A stretch of DNA of 64,000 bases, taken from Mobula hypostoma (Eukaryota). The DNA lies in the NCBI RefSeq assembly GCF_963921235.1, contig NC_086097.1:215328001-215392000 (forward strand). Direction: 5' to 3'. This document shows positions 50,395 through 64,000 of this stretch, one piece after another. The translations under genes and the position numbers were made by a program. Position 1 is the stretch's first letter. The number at the start of each line of letters is the position of its first letter. The notes beneath the pieces were generated by a model, which saw nothing but the letters and a program-made list of their open reading frames with translations, ran no database searches and was not told the DNA's origin.

Positions 50395-53300
50395 AACTTC
50401 CACTGGCAGTGGGCTCATATGCAGAGACTGGCCCTGTGGCTCAGATGGGTAGGGAAAAGAAGAGGATAGCAGCAGTGATAGGGGACTCTATAGTTAGGGG
50501 GTCAGATAGACAATTCCGTGGACGCAGGAAAGAAACGCGGATGGTAGTTTGCCTCCCAGGTGCCAGGGTCCGGGATGTTTCAGATTGCATCCACAGTATC
50601 TTGAAGTGGGAAGGAGAACAGCCAGAGGTTGTGGTACATATTAGTACCAACAACATAGGTAGGAAAAGGGAAGAGGTCCTGAAAAAAGACTACAGGGAGT
50701 TAGGAAAGAAGTTGAGAAGCAGGACCTCAAAGGTAGTAATCTCGGGATTACTGCCTGTGCCACGTGACAGTGAATATAGGAATGGAATGAGGTGGAGGAT
50801 CAATGCATAGCTGAGGGATTGGAGCAGGGAGCAGGGATTCAGATTTCTGGATCATTGGGACCTCTTCTAGGGCAGGTGTGACCTGTACAAAAAGGACAGG
50901 TTGCACTTGAATCCAAGGGGGACCAATATCCTGGCGGGAAGGTTCGCTAAGGCTATTGGGGAGAGTTTAAACTAGAATTGCTGGGGGGTGGGAACCGAAC
51001 TGAAGTGACAGAAGAAAGGGAGGTGGGCTCACAAATAGAGAAAGTTTGGAGACAGTGCGAAAGGAAGGATAGGCATGTGATAGAGAAGGGACGCTCTCAG
51101 TCCAATGGTTCGAGATGTGTCTATTTTAATGCGAGGAGTATCATGAATAAAGTGGATGAGCTTAGAGCGTGGATCAGCACTTGGAGCTATGATGTTGTGG
51201 CCATTACAGAGACTTGGATGGTGCAGGGGCAGGAATGGCTACTTCAAGTGCCAGGCTTTAGATGTTTCAGAAGGGACAGGGAGGGAGGCAAAAGAGGTGG
51301 GGCATGGCACTGTTGATCAGAGATAGTGTCACGGCTGCAGAAAAGAAGGAAGTCCTGGAGGGGTTGTCAATGGAGTCTCTGTGGGTGGAAGTTAGGAAAA
51401 CAAAGGGGTCAATAACTCTACTGGGTGTTTTTTATAGACCACCCAATAGTAACAGGGACAGAGAGGAGCAGATAGGGAGACAGATTCTGGAAAGGCGTAA
51501 TAATAACAGGCTTTTTGTGTTGGAGGATTTTAATTTCTCAAATATTGACTGGCATCTCCTTGCACTGAGGGGTTTAGGTGGGGTGGAGTTTGTTAGGTGT
51601 GTTCAGGAAGTTTGCTTGACACAATATGTAGATAAGTCTACAAGAGGAGAGGCTGTACTTGATCTGGTATTGGGAAATGAACCTGGTCGGGTGTCAGGTC
51701 TCTCAGTGGGAGAGCATTTTGGAGATAATGATCACAATTCTATCTCCTTTACAATAGCATTGGGGAGGGATAGGAACAGACAACTTAGGGAAACATTTAA
51801 TTAGAGTAAGGGGAACTATGAGGCTATCAGGCAGGAACTTGGAAGCATAAATTGGAAACAGATGATCTCAGGGAAACGTACAGAAAAATGTGGCAAATGT
51901 TCAGGGGATATTTGTGGGGGGTTCTGAGTAGGTACGTTCCAATGAGACAAGGAAAGGATGGTAGGGTACAAGATCCGTGGTGCACAACGGCTGTTGTAAA
52001 TCTAGCCAAGAAGAAAAGAAGAGCGTACAAAAGGTTCAAAAAACTAGGTAATGATATGAATCTAGAAGATAATAAGACTAGCAGGAAAGAGTTTAAGAGT
52101 GAAATTAGGAGAGCCAGAAGGGGCCATGACAAGGCCTTGGCGGACAGGATTAATGAAAACCCCCAAGGCATTCTACAAGTATGCGAAGAGCAAAGGGATA
52201 AGATATGAGAGAATAGGACCAATCAGGTGTGACAGTGGAAAAGTGTGTATGGAACCAGAGGAGACAGTAGAGATACCTAATGAATACTTTGCTTCAGTGT
52301 TCACTACAGAAAAGGATCTTGGCGATTGTAGGGATGACTTTCAGCAGACTGAAAAACTTGAGCATATAGACATTAAGAAAGCGGATGCACTGGTGCTTTT
52401 GAAAAGCATCAAGTTGGATAAGTCTCCGGGACTGGACGAGATGTACCCCAAGCTACTGTGGGAGGTGAGGGAGGAGATTGCTGAGCATCTGGCAATGATC
52501 TTTCAATTATCAATGGGGGGGGGAAGAATCCAGTGGATTGGAGGGTTGCAAATTTTGTTCCCCTTTCAAGAAAGGGAGTAGAGATAGCTCAGGAAATTAT
52601 AGACCAGTGAGTCTTACTTCAGTGGATGATAAGGAATGGTCAGCATGGCTTGTCAAAGGCAGGTCATGCCTTACAAGCCTGACTGAATTTTTTGAGGATG
52701 TGACTAAACACGTTGATGAAGGCAGAGCAGTATATGTAGTGTATATGGAATTCAGCAAGGCATTTAACAAGGTTCCCTATGCAAGGCTTATTGAGAAAAT
52801 AATGAGGCATGGGATCCAAGGGGACATTGCTTTTTGTGGATCCAAAATCGGCTTGCCCACAGAAGGCAAAGACTGGTAGCAGACGGTCATATTCTGCATG
52901 GAGGTCGGTGACCAATGGTGTTCCTCAAGGATCTGTTCTGGGACCCCTTCTCTTTGTGATTTTTACAAATGGCCTGGATGAGGAAGTGGAGGGATGGGTT
53001 AGTAAATTTGCTGATGACACAAAGATTGGGGGTGTTGTGGATAGTGTGGAGAGCTGTCAGAGGTTACAGCAGGACATTGATAGGATGCAAAACTGGGCTG
53101 AGAAGTGGCAGATGGAGTTCAACCCAGATAAGTGTGAGGTGGTTCATTTTGGTAGGTCAAATATGATAGCAGAATATAGTATTAATGGTAAGACTCTTGG
53201 CAGTGTGGAGGATCAGAGGGATCTTGGGGTCTGAGTCCATAGGATACTCAAAGCAGCTACATAATAGGTTGACTGTGTGGTTAAGAAGAAATACGGTGCA

Positions 53301-53865
53301 TTGGCCTTCACCAATCAGGGGATTGAGTTTAAGAGCTGAGATGTAATGTTGCAGCTTTATCGGACCCTAGTCAGACCCCACTGGGAGTACTGTGCTCAAT
53401 TCTGGTCGCCTCACTACGGGAAGGGTGTGGAAACCATAGAAAGGGTGCAGAGGAGATTTACAAGGATGTTGCCTGGATTGGGGAGCATGCCTTATGAGAA
53501 TAGGTTGAGTGAACTCGGCCTTTTCTCCTGGAGCGACGGAGGATGAGAGGTGACCTGATAGAGGTGTACAAGATAATGAGAGGCATTGATCGTGTGTATA
53601 GTCAGAGGCTTTGCCCCAGGGCTGAAATGGCTAGCACGAGAGGGCATAGTTTTAAGGTGCTTGGAAGTAGGTACAGAGGAGATGTCAGGGGTAAATTTTT
53701 TACGCAGAGAGTGGTGAGTGTGTGGAATGGGCTGCTGGTGGCGGTGGTGGAGGCAGAAACAATAGGGTCTTTTAAGAGACCCCTGGATGGCTACATGGAG
53801 CTTAGAAGAATGGAGGGCTATGGGTAAAGCCTAGGTAGTTCTACAGTAGGGACATGTTCGGCCCG
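50395..53865 (+). mobile_element. Near full-length CR1 (ORF1 esterase, endonuclease, RT), disrupted
   Basis: VIGDSIVRG...CLPGARVRD (SGNH esterase), YFNARSIMNK...VVAITETW (endonuclease), RT ORFs 52538-53827; same subfamily as 14638-18165. Confidence 0.97.
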
Positions 53866-54109
53866 TTCTGTATCTGAGCCACTGGGAGTAATATTGAGCA
53901 GATTGATTCTAGTGTCTTGTTATTTCTGTTGGGTTGCAAAGTGATGTTCTGTATCATTAAATGGAATTCAAAGGCCAATCCTTCCTTCGCACTCATCCTT
54001 ACCAGAAACCGCCGGGTATCTACAGGCTGGGATATGGTGGAAGGCAAGGATGGTAACAGAAGTCTCTGAATAATGACTTATCTCACTTCAGCAGTTCTTT
54101 GGCCTGCCT

Positions 54110-54525
54110 TTATTTGCCTGATATTTGAGTTATTGTCACCTTCCTGCCAGCTTGAACTGGTCTGGCCTTTCTCCTCTGACCTCTCTCCTTAACAAGGCAT
54201 TTTCACTCACAGTACTGACACTCCTGGATGTTTCTTTGTTTGTTTTTCAGCATTCTCTGTAAACTCTAGTGACTATTGTGCACAAAAATCCCAGGAGATC
54301 AGTAGTTTCTGTGATTCTCAGATCACTCTGTCTGGCACCAACAATCATTCCACAGTCAAGTCACATTTCTTCCCCATTCTGATGTTTGGTCTGAACAGCA
54401 ATTGATCCTCTTGACCATGTCCACATGCACTTGTGCATTGAGTTGCTACCAGCTGATTGGCTGATTCGATATTAGCATTAACAAACAGATGTACAGGTGT
54501 ACCTAATAAATGGCCACTGAGTGTA
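54110..54525. mobile_element. Tc1-like non-autonomous DNA transposon fragment
   Basis: Right end GTACCTAATAAATGGCCACTGAGTGTA resembles a Tc1-type terminal repeat followed by TA; left terminal repeat not found. Confidence 0.5.
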
Positions 54526-55609
54526 AATCTTCCTGCCTGAGACAGGCTCAACTAAATGTGTTTGTGCCTTGCAAGTCTCTCCCTGGACAACTCTGAACTG
54601 TAACCTGCATTGTTACATTTTCTGGAATGCTTTGGGCTCGATGGAGAGGATTAACAGCTGCAATTAGAAGTGGCTTGTGAGGACTGTGCACTTGTACAGT
54701 GCTCCTGTATGCTTATTGGTGAAACAACTTCAAAACAAAGATTACAGCAAGTAACTGCCCCTCATTTTGTGGGTAACAGGTCTCCTTATCTGTTTTGACT
54801 CAGCCTATGGAAGCTCTCAGTCGATGTTTCCACCATGAAATTGCTCCAAGACCCCTTTCTGCCAGAGGTGCCAGCCCTTCTTACCATCAAACCCAGGCTC
54901 TGCTGTGACTTTTTGATCCTTTTGATTGTGTGCTGATGAGTATCCAATCAACACCATTCCATCTCTTTGTCTCTGAGTGCTTCTGATGGGGCAGCAACTT
55001 CGCTCAAATAGTTGATGAAGCACTGAAATTATTTTGCTCCTGCAGGATTCATAGGGATTGGCAATTTGACTGGCTGAGTCTGGCTTTATTGTGATCTGTT
55101 GTGATCAAGTGACCCACGAAGGAGATTGTTGCTTGTTCTGCTTCAGCTGATTTTCTTAGCTTTCAGAGCTCTCAGCTTCTGCTTGAGGGCTATCCCAGTC
55201 CCCTTTCCACTGCCTCTCCGATGCAGACCTGTATGTCTAAGTTCAATACGTACCAAGGTCTTTACTGAGATCAACAAGTCCAACATCCAGTCTTTATTGC
55301 ACATGTTGATTTCAAGTGATGGTCTTTTCCATTGAATGGTGTGCTTAAACAGATTAGCTTTAAACTCTCCTCATCAAGATCTTTGTGCCAGAATCCACTC
55401 TTTTCATTCAGTGGATTGAAATATTTTGTTTCGCATGGATCTAGCAAAACCTCCTCTTTTGTCTTCATTTGGCAGTGATCGATTTTTCAATGCACACCAA
55501 GCTAGAAACTCAGGGTGAGGCACTCCACTGGAGGTATTGTCTCTGCTATTGTCAGTCTCTCTAACTTATGGTTTTGGTTTATCATAGTGACATGCACCAA
55601 TATGCAGTG

Positions 55610-57305
55610 AACTCAACACCTTCTATGCCTGCTTTGAAAGGGAGGACACAACTACAGCTGTGAAAATCCCTGCTGCACCTGATGACCCTGTGACCTCGTC
55701 TCAGAAGTCGATGTTAGACTGTCTTTAAAGAGTGAACCTTCGCAACGCAGAAGGTCCCGAAGGAGTACCTGGTAAGGCTCTGAAAACCTTTGCCAACCAA
55801 CTAGTGGAAGTATTCAAGGACATTTTCAACCTCTCACTGCTACGGGCAGAAGTTCCCACTTGCTTCAAAAAGGCAACAATTATACCAGTGTCTAAGAAGA
55901 ATAAGGTGGGCTGCCTTAATGACTATCATCTGGTAGCACTCACATCGACAGTGATGAAATGCTTTGAGAGGTTAATCATGACTAGACTGAACTCCTGCCT
56001 CAGCAAGGATCTGAACCCATTGCAATTTGCCTATCACCACAATAGATCAATGACAGATGCAATCTCCATGGCCCTTCATGTGGCTTTAGACCACCTGGAC
56101 AACACAAGCACATACGTCAGGAAGATGTTCATTGGTTGTCTCTCAACATTTAATACCATCATTCCCACAATCCTGATTGAGAAGTTGCAGAACCTGGGCC
56201 TCTGTACCTCCCTCTGCAATTGGATCCTCAACTTCCTAATCGGAAGACCACAGCCTGTGCGGATTGGTGATAGCATATCCTCCTCACTGATGATGATCAA
56301 CACTGGTGCACCTCAGTGGTGTGTGCTTAGCCCACTGCTCTACCCTCTATATACACATGACTGTGTGGCTAGGCATAGCTCAAATACCATCTACAAATCT
56401 GCTGACAACACAACCATTGTTGAATCTCAGGTGGTGACAAGACAGAGTACAGGCGTGAGATATGCCAACTAGTGGAATGGTGCTGCAGCAACAACCTGGC
56501 ACTCAATGTCATACAACGAAAGAGCTAATTGTAGACTTCAGGAAGGGTAAAATGAGGAACACATACCAATCCTCATAGAGGGATCAGAAGTGGAGAGAGT
56601 GAGCAGCTTCAAGTTCCTGGATGTCAAGATCTCTGAGGATCTAACCTGGTCCTAACATATCGATGCAGTTATAAAGAAGGCAAGACAGTGGCTATACTTC
56701 ATTAGGAGTTTGAAGAGATTTGGCATGTCAACAAGTACACTCAGAAACTTCTATAGTTATGCCGTGGAGAGCATTCTAACAGGCTGCATCACTGTTTGAT
56801 ATGGGGAGGCTACTGCACAGAACTGAAAGAAGCTGCAGAAGGTTGTAAATCTAGTCAGCTCCATCTTGGGCACTAGCCTACAAAGTACCCAGGACATCTT
56901 TTTGGAGCGGTGTCTCAGAAAGGCAGCATCCATTATTAATGACCTCCAGCATGCCCTTTTTTCACTGTTACCACCAGGTAGGAGGTACAGAAGCTTGAAG
57001 GCACACACTCAGCAATTCAGGAACAACTTCTTCCCCTCTGCCACCCGATTCCTAAATGGACATTGAAGCTGTGGACACTACCTCACTTATTAAAAAAATA
57101 TACAGTATTTCTGTTTCTGCACGTTTTTTAATCTATTCAATATACATAATTGATTTACTTGTTTATTTATTATTATGCTTTATTTTATTTATTATTATTA
57201 TTTTTCGCTCTACTAGATTATGTATTGCATTGAACTGCTGCTGCTAAGTTAACAAATTTCACGTCACATGCCAGTGATAATAAACCTGATTCTGATTCTG
57301 ATTCT
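55610..57305 (+). mobile_element. Rex1/Babar-type LINE, 5'-truncated
   Basis: ORF 55732-56472 has VPTCFKKATIIPV, KCFERL, PLQFAY, FNTIIP and GAPQWCVLSPLLY; (GATTCT)n tail. Confidence 0.95.
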
Positions 57306-57779
57306 TGCTTAGTGTTTATATAGATCAAATCATTACACATTTAGATAAAACATTAACAATGCAAAATAAAGTGTATAAGCTACTGAAAATGTGTAATGAG
57401 GTAGATTGTGAGGCCAACAGTCTATCTTATCGTACAAGATGTGCATTCAGGAGTATTATAACAGTGGGATAGAAGCTGTCCTTGATGCTGGTGATACATG
57501 CATTTTCACTTTTGTATCTTCTACCCAATGGGAAAGAGGAAATGAGAGAATGTCTGAGGTTGCTTGACAGTCACCTTCAGGACTAGATGTTATTTTCTTT
57601 CTCTGCTTTGTATAAAATACATCTGTATGTTTATCTGAGCTGCATACCTGAAGTACTTGCTTGTGTTGTGCAATTTTCATTATCCTCTGGCATTATCATG
57701 CACTTCCAATTATAGGTGTGATATCAGTCTACTTCACTACAGCAAAATCCACATCAAATCTCATCATTTCTTCAGAATA

Positions 57780-58170
57780 ACTAGCTTCAGAGAGAATCAC
57801 TCAGACAGTTTCAATGTAATCTGTTGTACATCGACATTCATTTTGCCTATCTCTCTTACATTCGGATTGTGTTACAAATTGTTCCTGAGGCACAGTGACA
57901 AGTCACTGATATCCCTTGCACCAACACTTTGGCAAAGATACATGTGTTCAGCTGGAAGTCCAAGTGCAGCCCCTTTGCACAGCTCACCATGAATTTTCAA
58001 TGTTCTTTTTACTGTGCAGTTTCCAATTGCCCATGTTCTTTCCAAAGTACAGAGAATTTCTTCCTCATGGTACTGCCCACAGTACTTGCAACACTTGATC
58101 GACATTGTTTGTACTGTCCTTTTGACTGCCTGTTGTAGACCAAAGTGACCCCACAAAATCATTCAGTTTT
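57780..58170 (-). mobile_element. Gypsy gag zinc-knuckle remnant
   Basis: ORF 57872-58162 contains CKYCGQYH....C followed by a second degenerate knuckle. Confidence 0.5.
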
Positions 58171-58199
58171 CCCCAAATAGAAGCAATGGATGAACCATG

Positions 58200-60840
58200 A
58201 GATCTGCAATCTGAAGGCTAGATCAGAGATATTCAAATCTGGTGATAAGAAAGTTACAAGAGGTCCAGGTACGATCTCCAGAAGCCACCTCACAGCTGAA
58301 GTGGCACTTTCAAGCTAAACTTGAATTAACGAAGGACGCTCAAAAGTTGTGGCAGGGCTTGAATACTATCACCTCTTATAAAGTTAAGTCAAGTGGCACA
58401 GGTGACAACAGGGCTTCTCTTCCAGATGAACTCAATGTTTTCTACACTTGCTTTGACTGGCAAAACATGGAGGAACCGTCACGAACTCCCAAAGCCCCCG
58501 AAGATCCTATGATTTCAGCCTCTGAGGCCAATGTGCGAACGGCCTTCAAAAGGGTGAACACACAAAAATTATCCAGCCCAAATAGGGTATCTGGCCAAAT
58601 ACAAAAGACCTATGCTGTTCAATTGGCTTGTGTGTGCACAGGCATCTTTAACCTTTCATTTTGGCAGTCTGCAGTACCCAGCATCTTCAAGCAGGCTTCA
58701 ATTATACTATAGAACCATAGAACCATAGAAACTACAGCACAGAAACAGGCCTTTTGGCCCTTCTTGGCTGTGCCGAACCATTTTCTGCCTAGTCCCACTG
58801 ACCTGCACACGGACCATATCCCTCCATACACCTCCCATCCATGTATCTGTCCAATTTATTCTTAACTGTTAAAAAAGAACCCGCATTTACCACCTCGTCT
58901 GGCAGCTCATTCCTAATAAGCCCCTGTCTATCCAAATGCTTGTAGATTCTGTCTCTTGGTACTCCCTCTAATAACTTACCTACTACTGACGTTAAACTCA
59001 CTGGCCTATAATTTCCCGGATTACTTTTCGATCCTTTTTTAAACGACGGAACAACATGAGCCACTCTCCAATCCTCCGGCACTTCACCCGTAGACAGCGA
59101 CATTTTAAATATTTCTGCCAGGGCCCCCACAATTTCAACACTAGTCTCCTTCAAGGTCCGAGGGAACACTCTGTCAGGTCCCGGGGATTTATCCACTTTA
59201 ATTTTCCTCAAGCAACTCCTCCTTTTCAATCTGTACAGTTTCCATGGTCTCACTACTTGATTCCCTCAATTCCATAGATTTCATGCCAGCTTCCTTAGTA
59301 AATACAGACGCACAAGACCTATTTAAGATCTCCCCCATTTCCTTTGGTTCCGCACAATGCCGACCACTCTGATCTTCAAGATCTACTAGTGCCCAAGAAG
59401 AACATGGTGACCAGCCTCAATGACTACTGTCCGGTAACAATTAACTCTACAGTAATGAAGTGTTTTGAGAGGTTGGTGATGAAACGTATCAACTCCTGCC
59501 TGAGAAGAGACTTAGATCCACTGCAATTTGCCTACTGGATCAACAGATCCACAGCAGATGCCATCTCCACTCAACCCTGGAACATCTGGACAGCAAAGAT
59601 GCATACATCAGGATGCTCTTTATTGACTACAGCTCAGTATTCAAAACCATCATCTCCTCAAGACTAATCAGTAAGCTCCTAGACCTTGGCCTCAATACCT
59701 TCTTGCGTAATTGGATCTTCCATTTCCTCATTTGCAGACCCCAGTCAGCTCAGATTGGCAAACAACGTTGCCTCTGCAATCTCCATCAACACAGGAGCAC
59801 CTCAGTTCTGTGTGTATCGTCCCCTGCTCGACTCACTTTACACTTATGACTGTACGGTCAAGCACAGCTCCAATGCCATTTTCAAGTTTACTGAAAACAC
59901 CACCGTTGTCAGCTGAATCAAAGAGGTGATGAATCAGCAAATAGGAGGGAGATTGAAAATCTGGTTCAACATTGCCATAATAACCAAACTCAATGCCTGC
60001 AAGACTAAGGAGCTGATTATTGGCTTCAGGAAAAGGAAACCAGAGGTCCATAAGCCAGTCCTCATCGGAATACCAGAGGTGGAGAAGGTCAGCAACTTTA
60101 ACTTCATCAGTGTTATTATTTCAGAGGACCTGTCCTGGGCCCAGCACTGAAGTGCAATTACGAAGAAAGCATGGCAGTGCCTGTACTTCCTTAGAAGTTT
60201 GCGAAAGTTCAGCATGACATCTAAAACTTTGACAAACTGCTATAGATGCGTAGTGAAAGTCATATTGTCCGGATGCATCAGAGCCTGGTATAGAAACACC
60301 AATGTCGTTGAATGAAAAATCCTACAAAAATTAGTAAAAATGGTCTGGTGCATCATGGGTAAATCCTTCCCACTATTGAGCACATCTACATGAAACACTG
60401 TCACAGGAAAGCAACATCCATCATCAGGGATCCACCACCCAAGACATGCTTACCTCTCATTGCTGCCATCAGGAAGAAGGCACAGAAGCCTCAGGACTCA
60501 CACTACCAGATTCAAGTACAATTATTACTCCTCAGCCATCAGGCTCTTGAACCAAAGGGGCTAACTTCACTTGCCCCACCACTGAAGTGTTTCCACAGCC
60601 AATGGACTCACTTTCAAGGGCTCGTCATCTCACGTTCTCGACATTTATTGCTTATTTATTTATTTTTCTTTTTGCATTTGCACAGTTGTCTTTTGCACAC
60701 TAGTTCAATGCTCAAGTTGGTGCAGTCTTCCATTGATTCTGTTTTCATTATTATTCTATTGATTCATTGAGTAAGCCTTCAAGAAAATTTATCTTTAGGG
60801 TTGTATATGGTAACATACACGTACTTTGATAGCTTTTGAT
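58200..60840 (+). mobile_element. Rex1/Babar-type LINE split by a CR1
   Basis: LWQGLNTIT...LPDELNVFY...FKQASII (58242-58708) continues as [16 protein letters not shown]...KCFERLV from about 59389; KTKELIIGFR. Confidence 0.93.
58710..59383 (-). mobile_element. Short CR1 with RT core deleted, 5-bp TSD
   Basis: TACTA at 58705-58709 and 59384-59388. ORF 58789-59253 jumps from NYRPVSLT...GLIR to NELPDEVV (C-terminus); (TTCTATGG)n tail. Confidence 0.93.
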
Positions 60841-61714
60841 AGCTTACAGTAGCCATTCCCTGACACTGGTGTCATGGGTTCTATAGCCTGATCTTTTATG
60901 ACTCAAGTTCTATAAATCTGTGAAATTACAATAATGTACTGATGTCCTAGCTTCATTAAACATTTTCCTTGGTCCTGGTTGTGTGTAGAACTGGTGATGT
61001 CTTTTTGATAAGTCAATTGTTGCAAATTTAGGTGGTTGCAAGTGATTGTAACACAGTTAATCGACACCCCAGGACCTCATCTGAGGGCCTTAGGGTATAC
61101 ACAATTCTTCCCCTCTAAAACCAATTAAATATGTGAAGTTCTTCACTACAGTCTGTTCTGCTTTACCTGCCATGCCACAGTATGTACTCTTCCTTCCATA
61201 TTTCCATTCTTTACACAGGATACTTGCCTGGAAATTGTGTGGCTCTGGTAGGGTTTACTTCTCGAATGTGCTCTCATTTCACTTAGATCACATGACTCAC
61301 TGTCTCCTGGCATATGTCCAGATACTGGGATCTTGCTCAGAGCTCAATATTCCTGTTCAGAGGTGTCAGCTAAACTTCACAGTTTAATTACTTGTATTTC
61401 TGATATTGTACCACAGTACCTTTCCTCTCTCAGTTATATCAGGAAATATTCTGAGATTTAAAATAATAATGTAGCTACATTATGAAATAAAAGAGAGGGT
61501 TATGGTCAGCAAATCATTTTCCCCCTGACTTTACTCAAAGTGACAGATAGAATCCTCTGGCAAATTTTCCTCCAAACAACGTTGCAAAGACAGGGCGAAC
61601 AATAAGGTTGTGTTATACGATTCTTACTTAATACATGCACCACATATTTTAGTTTGAGAAACCAAGATGTTTATCATAGCTACCAACTTCTCTTGTGTGC
61701 ATTCTAAAGGTAAG

Positions 61715-62020
61715 TAAGTAAAGGCATCAGTTAGTCTTGCGAGACCATGGATCTGCGCTCTCCAGGGCGCAGGCCTGGGCAAGGCTGTATGGAAGACTAG
61801 CAGTTGCCTATGCTGCAAGTCTCCCCTCTCCATGAGACCAATGATGTCCAAGGGAAGGGCATTCGGACCGGTAAAGCTTGGCAACAGTGTCGTTGCAGAG
61901 CAATGTGTGATTAAGTGCCTTGCTCAAGGACACAACACTTCACCTCGGCTGGGGCTCAAACTCACGACCTTCAGGTCGCCAGTCCAATGCCTTAACCACT
62001 TGGCCACATGCCCACACATT
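61715..62020 (-). mobile_element. tRNA-derived CORE-type SINE with 15-bp TSD
   Basis: CATTCTAAAGGTAAG at 61700-61714 and 62021-62035; A-box TGGCCAAGTGG, B-box GTTTGAGCC; CORE-like GTGTCCTTGAGCAAGGCACTTAA; (TTAC)n tail. Confidence 0.92.
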
Positions 62021-63939
62021 CATTCTAAAGGTAAGCCTGAAACAAAAGGAACTATTATATTCATGAAAGTCTAACTTTGTAGGTGGCTCAAGTAAAGGAT
62101 CATGCAAGTCTGTTCTGGTTTTGTTGATGGGGCAGGAAATCTAGCCAGAATGGATTGTTAAGCATATTTTCAACAATTCAGTGTCTTCCTGCTGATTTGC
62201 ATGCTTCAACACGTGACTGACTGGGAAATAAATGATGAAACTTTGAGCACCTCAAAGTTTGGTCGGACCAAAAACTCGATATAATGACATGGAAATGCCT
62301 GAACAAAGTAGCCTTTGTTACCTTCATTATGAAAAGTTCTAAAAGAAAAAAATATGCAGCTTTTGCTCCACGTACCATGTGAAACCCAGCACAGTATTTA
62401 AAATAAAAATATTTCATTTTTCCCCAGTAAAGCACAGAAGAGTGTAATTTTTTTTTACATTCTAATTCCTTTTCTTTAACTTTTGTCTGATCTTACATCG
62501 GAAAGGGGAAAAAAATCTACATTGTCACAATGTTTTCATCGTAAGATAACAGATTTTGTCTGTTTTTTCTCCAAATGTGAGTATATAATGATCGCTGTCA
62601 TGTGCTTCTGAAAGTTCATTAAGCAAATATTTAAGTTAACAACTGGAATGGACCTCAGGGCAGAATACTTGAGGTAGAACCTGGGATATTTGACCAAACA
62701 TAAGTTCTTGCCTGATGGATAAACTGCAGCTAAAAGACTGGCCAAATGAATATTGTGAATCAGCAAGACTCCAATCCCGAATTATTTCCTTTCAGATAGA
62801 ACTTCAATGTTATAGCATCTTCAAGAAGAATTGAGGTTCAGAAAGTTGGTGTGAGTTTCTGCCGGTTTGTCTAAAGGCTCTTTTAAATAAGGATCTCTCT
62901 GCACTTTAGGCTAGCCAGATGGTGTTTGACTGTGATGCCACCCCAGCAGCTTGTTAGCTCCAATTCTTGAGACTTTACCCATTGAATGATAGCTACTTGA
63001 CAAACAATGGTGATATGCACGCTCTCACTAAACTGAGCAACAGCGAGGGGTCAATATTTCCATGAGTGGAGGGGAGTGGCAGAGGGGGGTAAAAATTGGC
63101 AGTGAAAATTGGTGTGAAATTTCTTCTTTTAACAAAGACAACTTGCAGGCAGTGGACCACAGTTGCAGAGTTTTACACCACTGAAAGGCAAAAGGCAAAT
63201 TTGTGTATGTGTTCTCTAGGTGAATTTATAATTGTAACTGGATTGCCTGCAGTCACATTTACGGAAAGCCACACAGGTTTTCTGAAAGAAGTTAGTGAAA
63301 ATGGTAGGTTTTTTTTATCCTGCATTTTTTGAAGTGTTGTCTGCTGTTGGTTACAGGGCAACATCCCACAGAGATTAGCTTGGCTGTCTTCTCTCAGCTG
63401 AGCTGCTTTAGGTATTAAAGAAGGGGTAAAAATACCGTAGGAAACATGCGGTGGACTACAACTGGAATAATCACATTCAGTTCAAACATTAATAAAATAC
63501 ACTGTCCTTCCGAATTATTTTAGGCATGTTTTTCCTTCAAGAGTCCTTTAGACTGAATACAGGAAACTGCTAAAGAGGCTGGAGTCAGAGGTCATTCAGA
63601 AATAGGGGGAATCTAGGAAATGATACTGCCGCTCCAATGCTCCCATTCTTCTTCAAACTTGCTAGAAATGCAGAGCTCTGAAAAAGATTCACTCCTGAAT
63701 AGAGTGACACTAGCGACCGATGGAACCACTACCACCCCAAAGGAAATAAGTGTATGGCTGGAAAATTACTTCACGTCACCATAACAACCAGCTGACATCT
63801 ACTCGACTACAATTCCCACTATGAGTGTTCCAGATTCTCAACACAACAGGGCGACATGCAATCCTGCCAGCAGAGGCCCTCATTGATTTTTTACATGGTC
63901 AAATCTAAATGGGAATCACTTTGCTCTGGCAAAGTGATG

Positions 63940-64000
63940 GGTGTTGTGTGCATGCGTGTGTGTGAGCATGCACATACATCTCCGTGTGTATGCGTGTGCG
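63940..64000. repeat. Imperfect (TG)n purine-pyrimidine alternating tract
   Basis: GTGTGCATGCGTGTGTGTGAGCATG...GTGTGTATGCGTGTGCG at the window end. Confidence 0.7.

Noticed and set aside
54830..55500. Possible old RTE fragment on the minus strand
   Set aside because: Only a faint C-terminal motif resemblance; too degenerate to call.
61730..61870. Possible second HDV-like ribozyme in the SINE 3' part
   Set aside because: No P3/L3 UCC motif with matching P1 and P1.1 could be found.

Overview
Repeat-dense vertebrate genomic DNA with no host protein-coding gene that I can support. The repeat spectrum suggests a cartilaginous fish, probably a ray; this is inferred from repeat families only. Most of the window is nested, decayed retroelements: many CR1 LINEs (SGNH-esterase ORF1, endonuclease plus RT ORF2), Rex1/Babar-type LINEs, RTE fragments, Gypsy remnants, two probable solo LTRs, Penelope-like (PLE) fragments and several SINEs. 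There are also Tigger-, Tc1- and Harbinger-like DNA transposon remnants and a 2.4-kb minisatellite. The best finding is a 465-bp non-coding retroelement (25855-26319, minus strand) with an 11-bp target-site duplication (TSD). Its first nucleotide is the predicted cleavage-site G of a complete HDV-like ribozyme fold. Four degenerate PLE-type minimal hammerhead motifs are also present. One sits in a TSD-flanked insert together with an inverted copy of nearby host DNA. The minisatellite grew out of a PLE terminal region. All family calls come from motifs recognised by eye, with no database search, and boundaries without a TSD are approximate.
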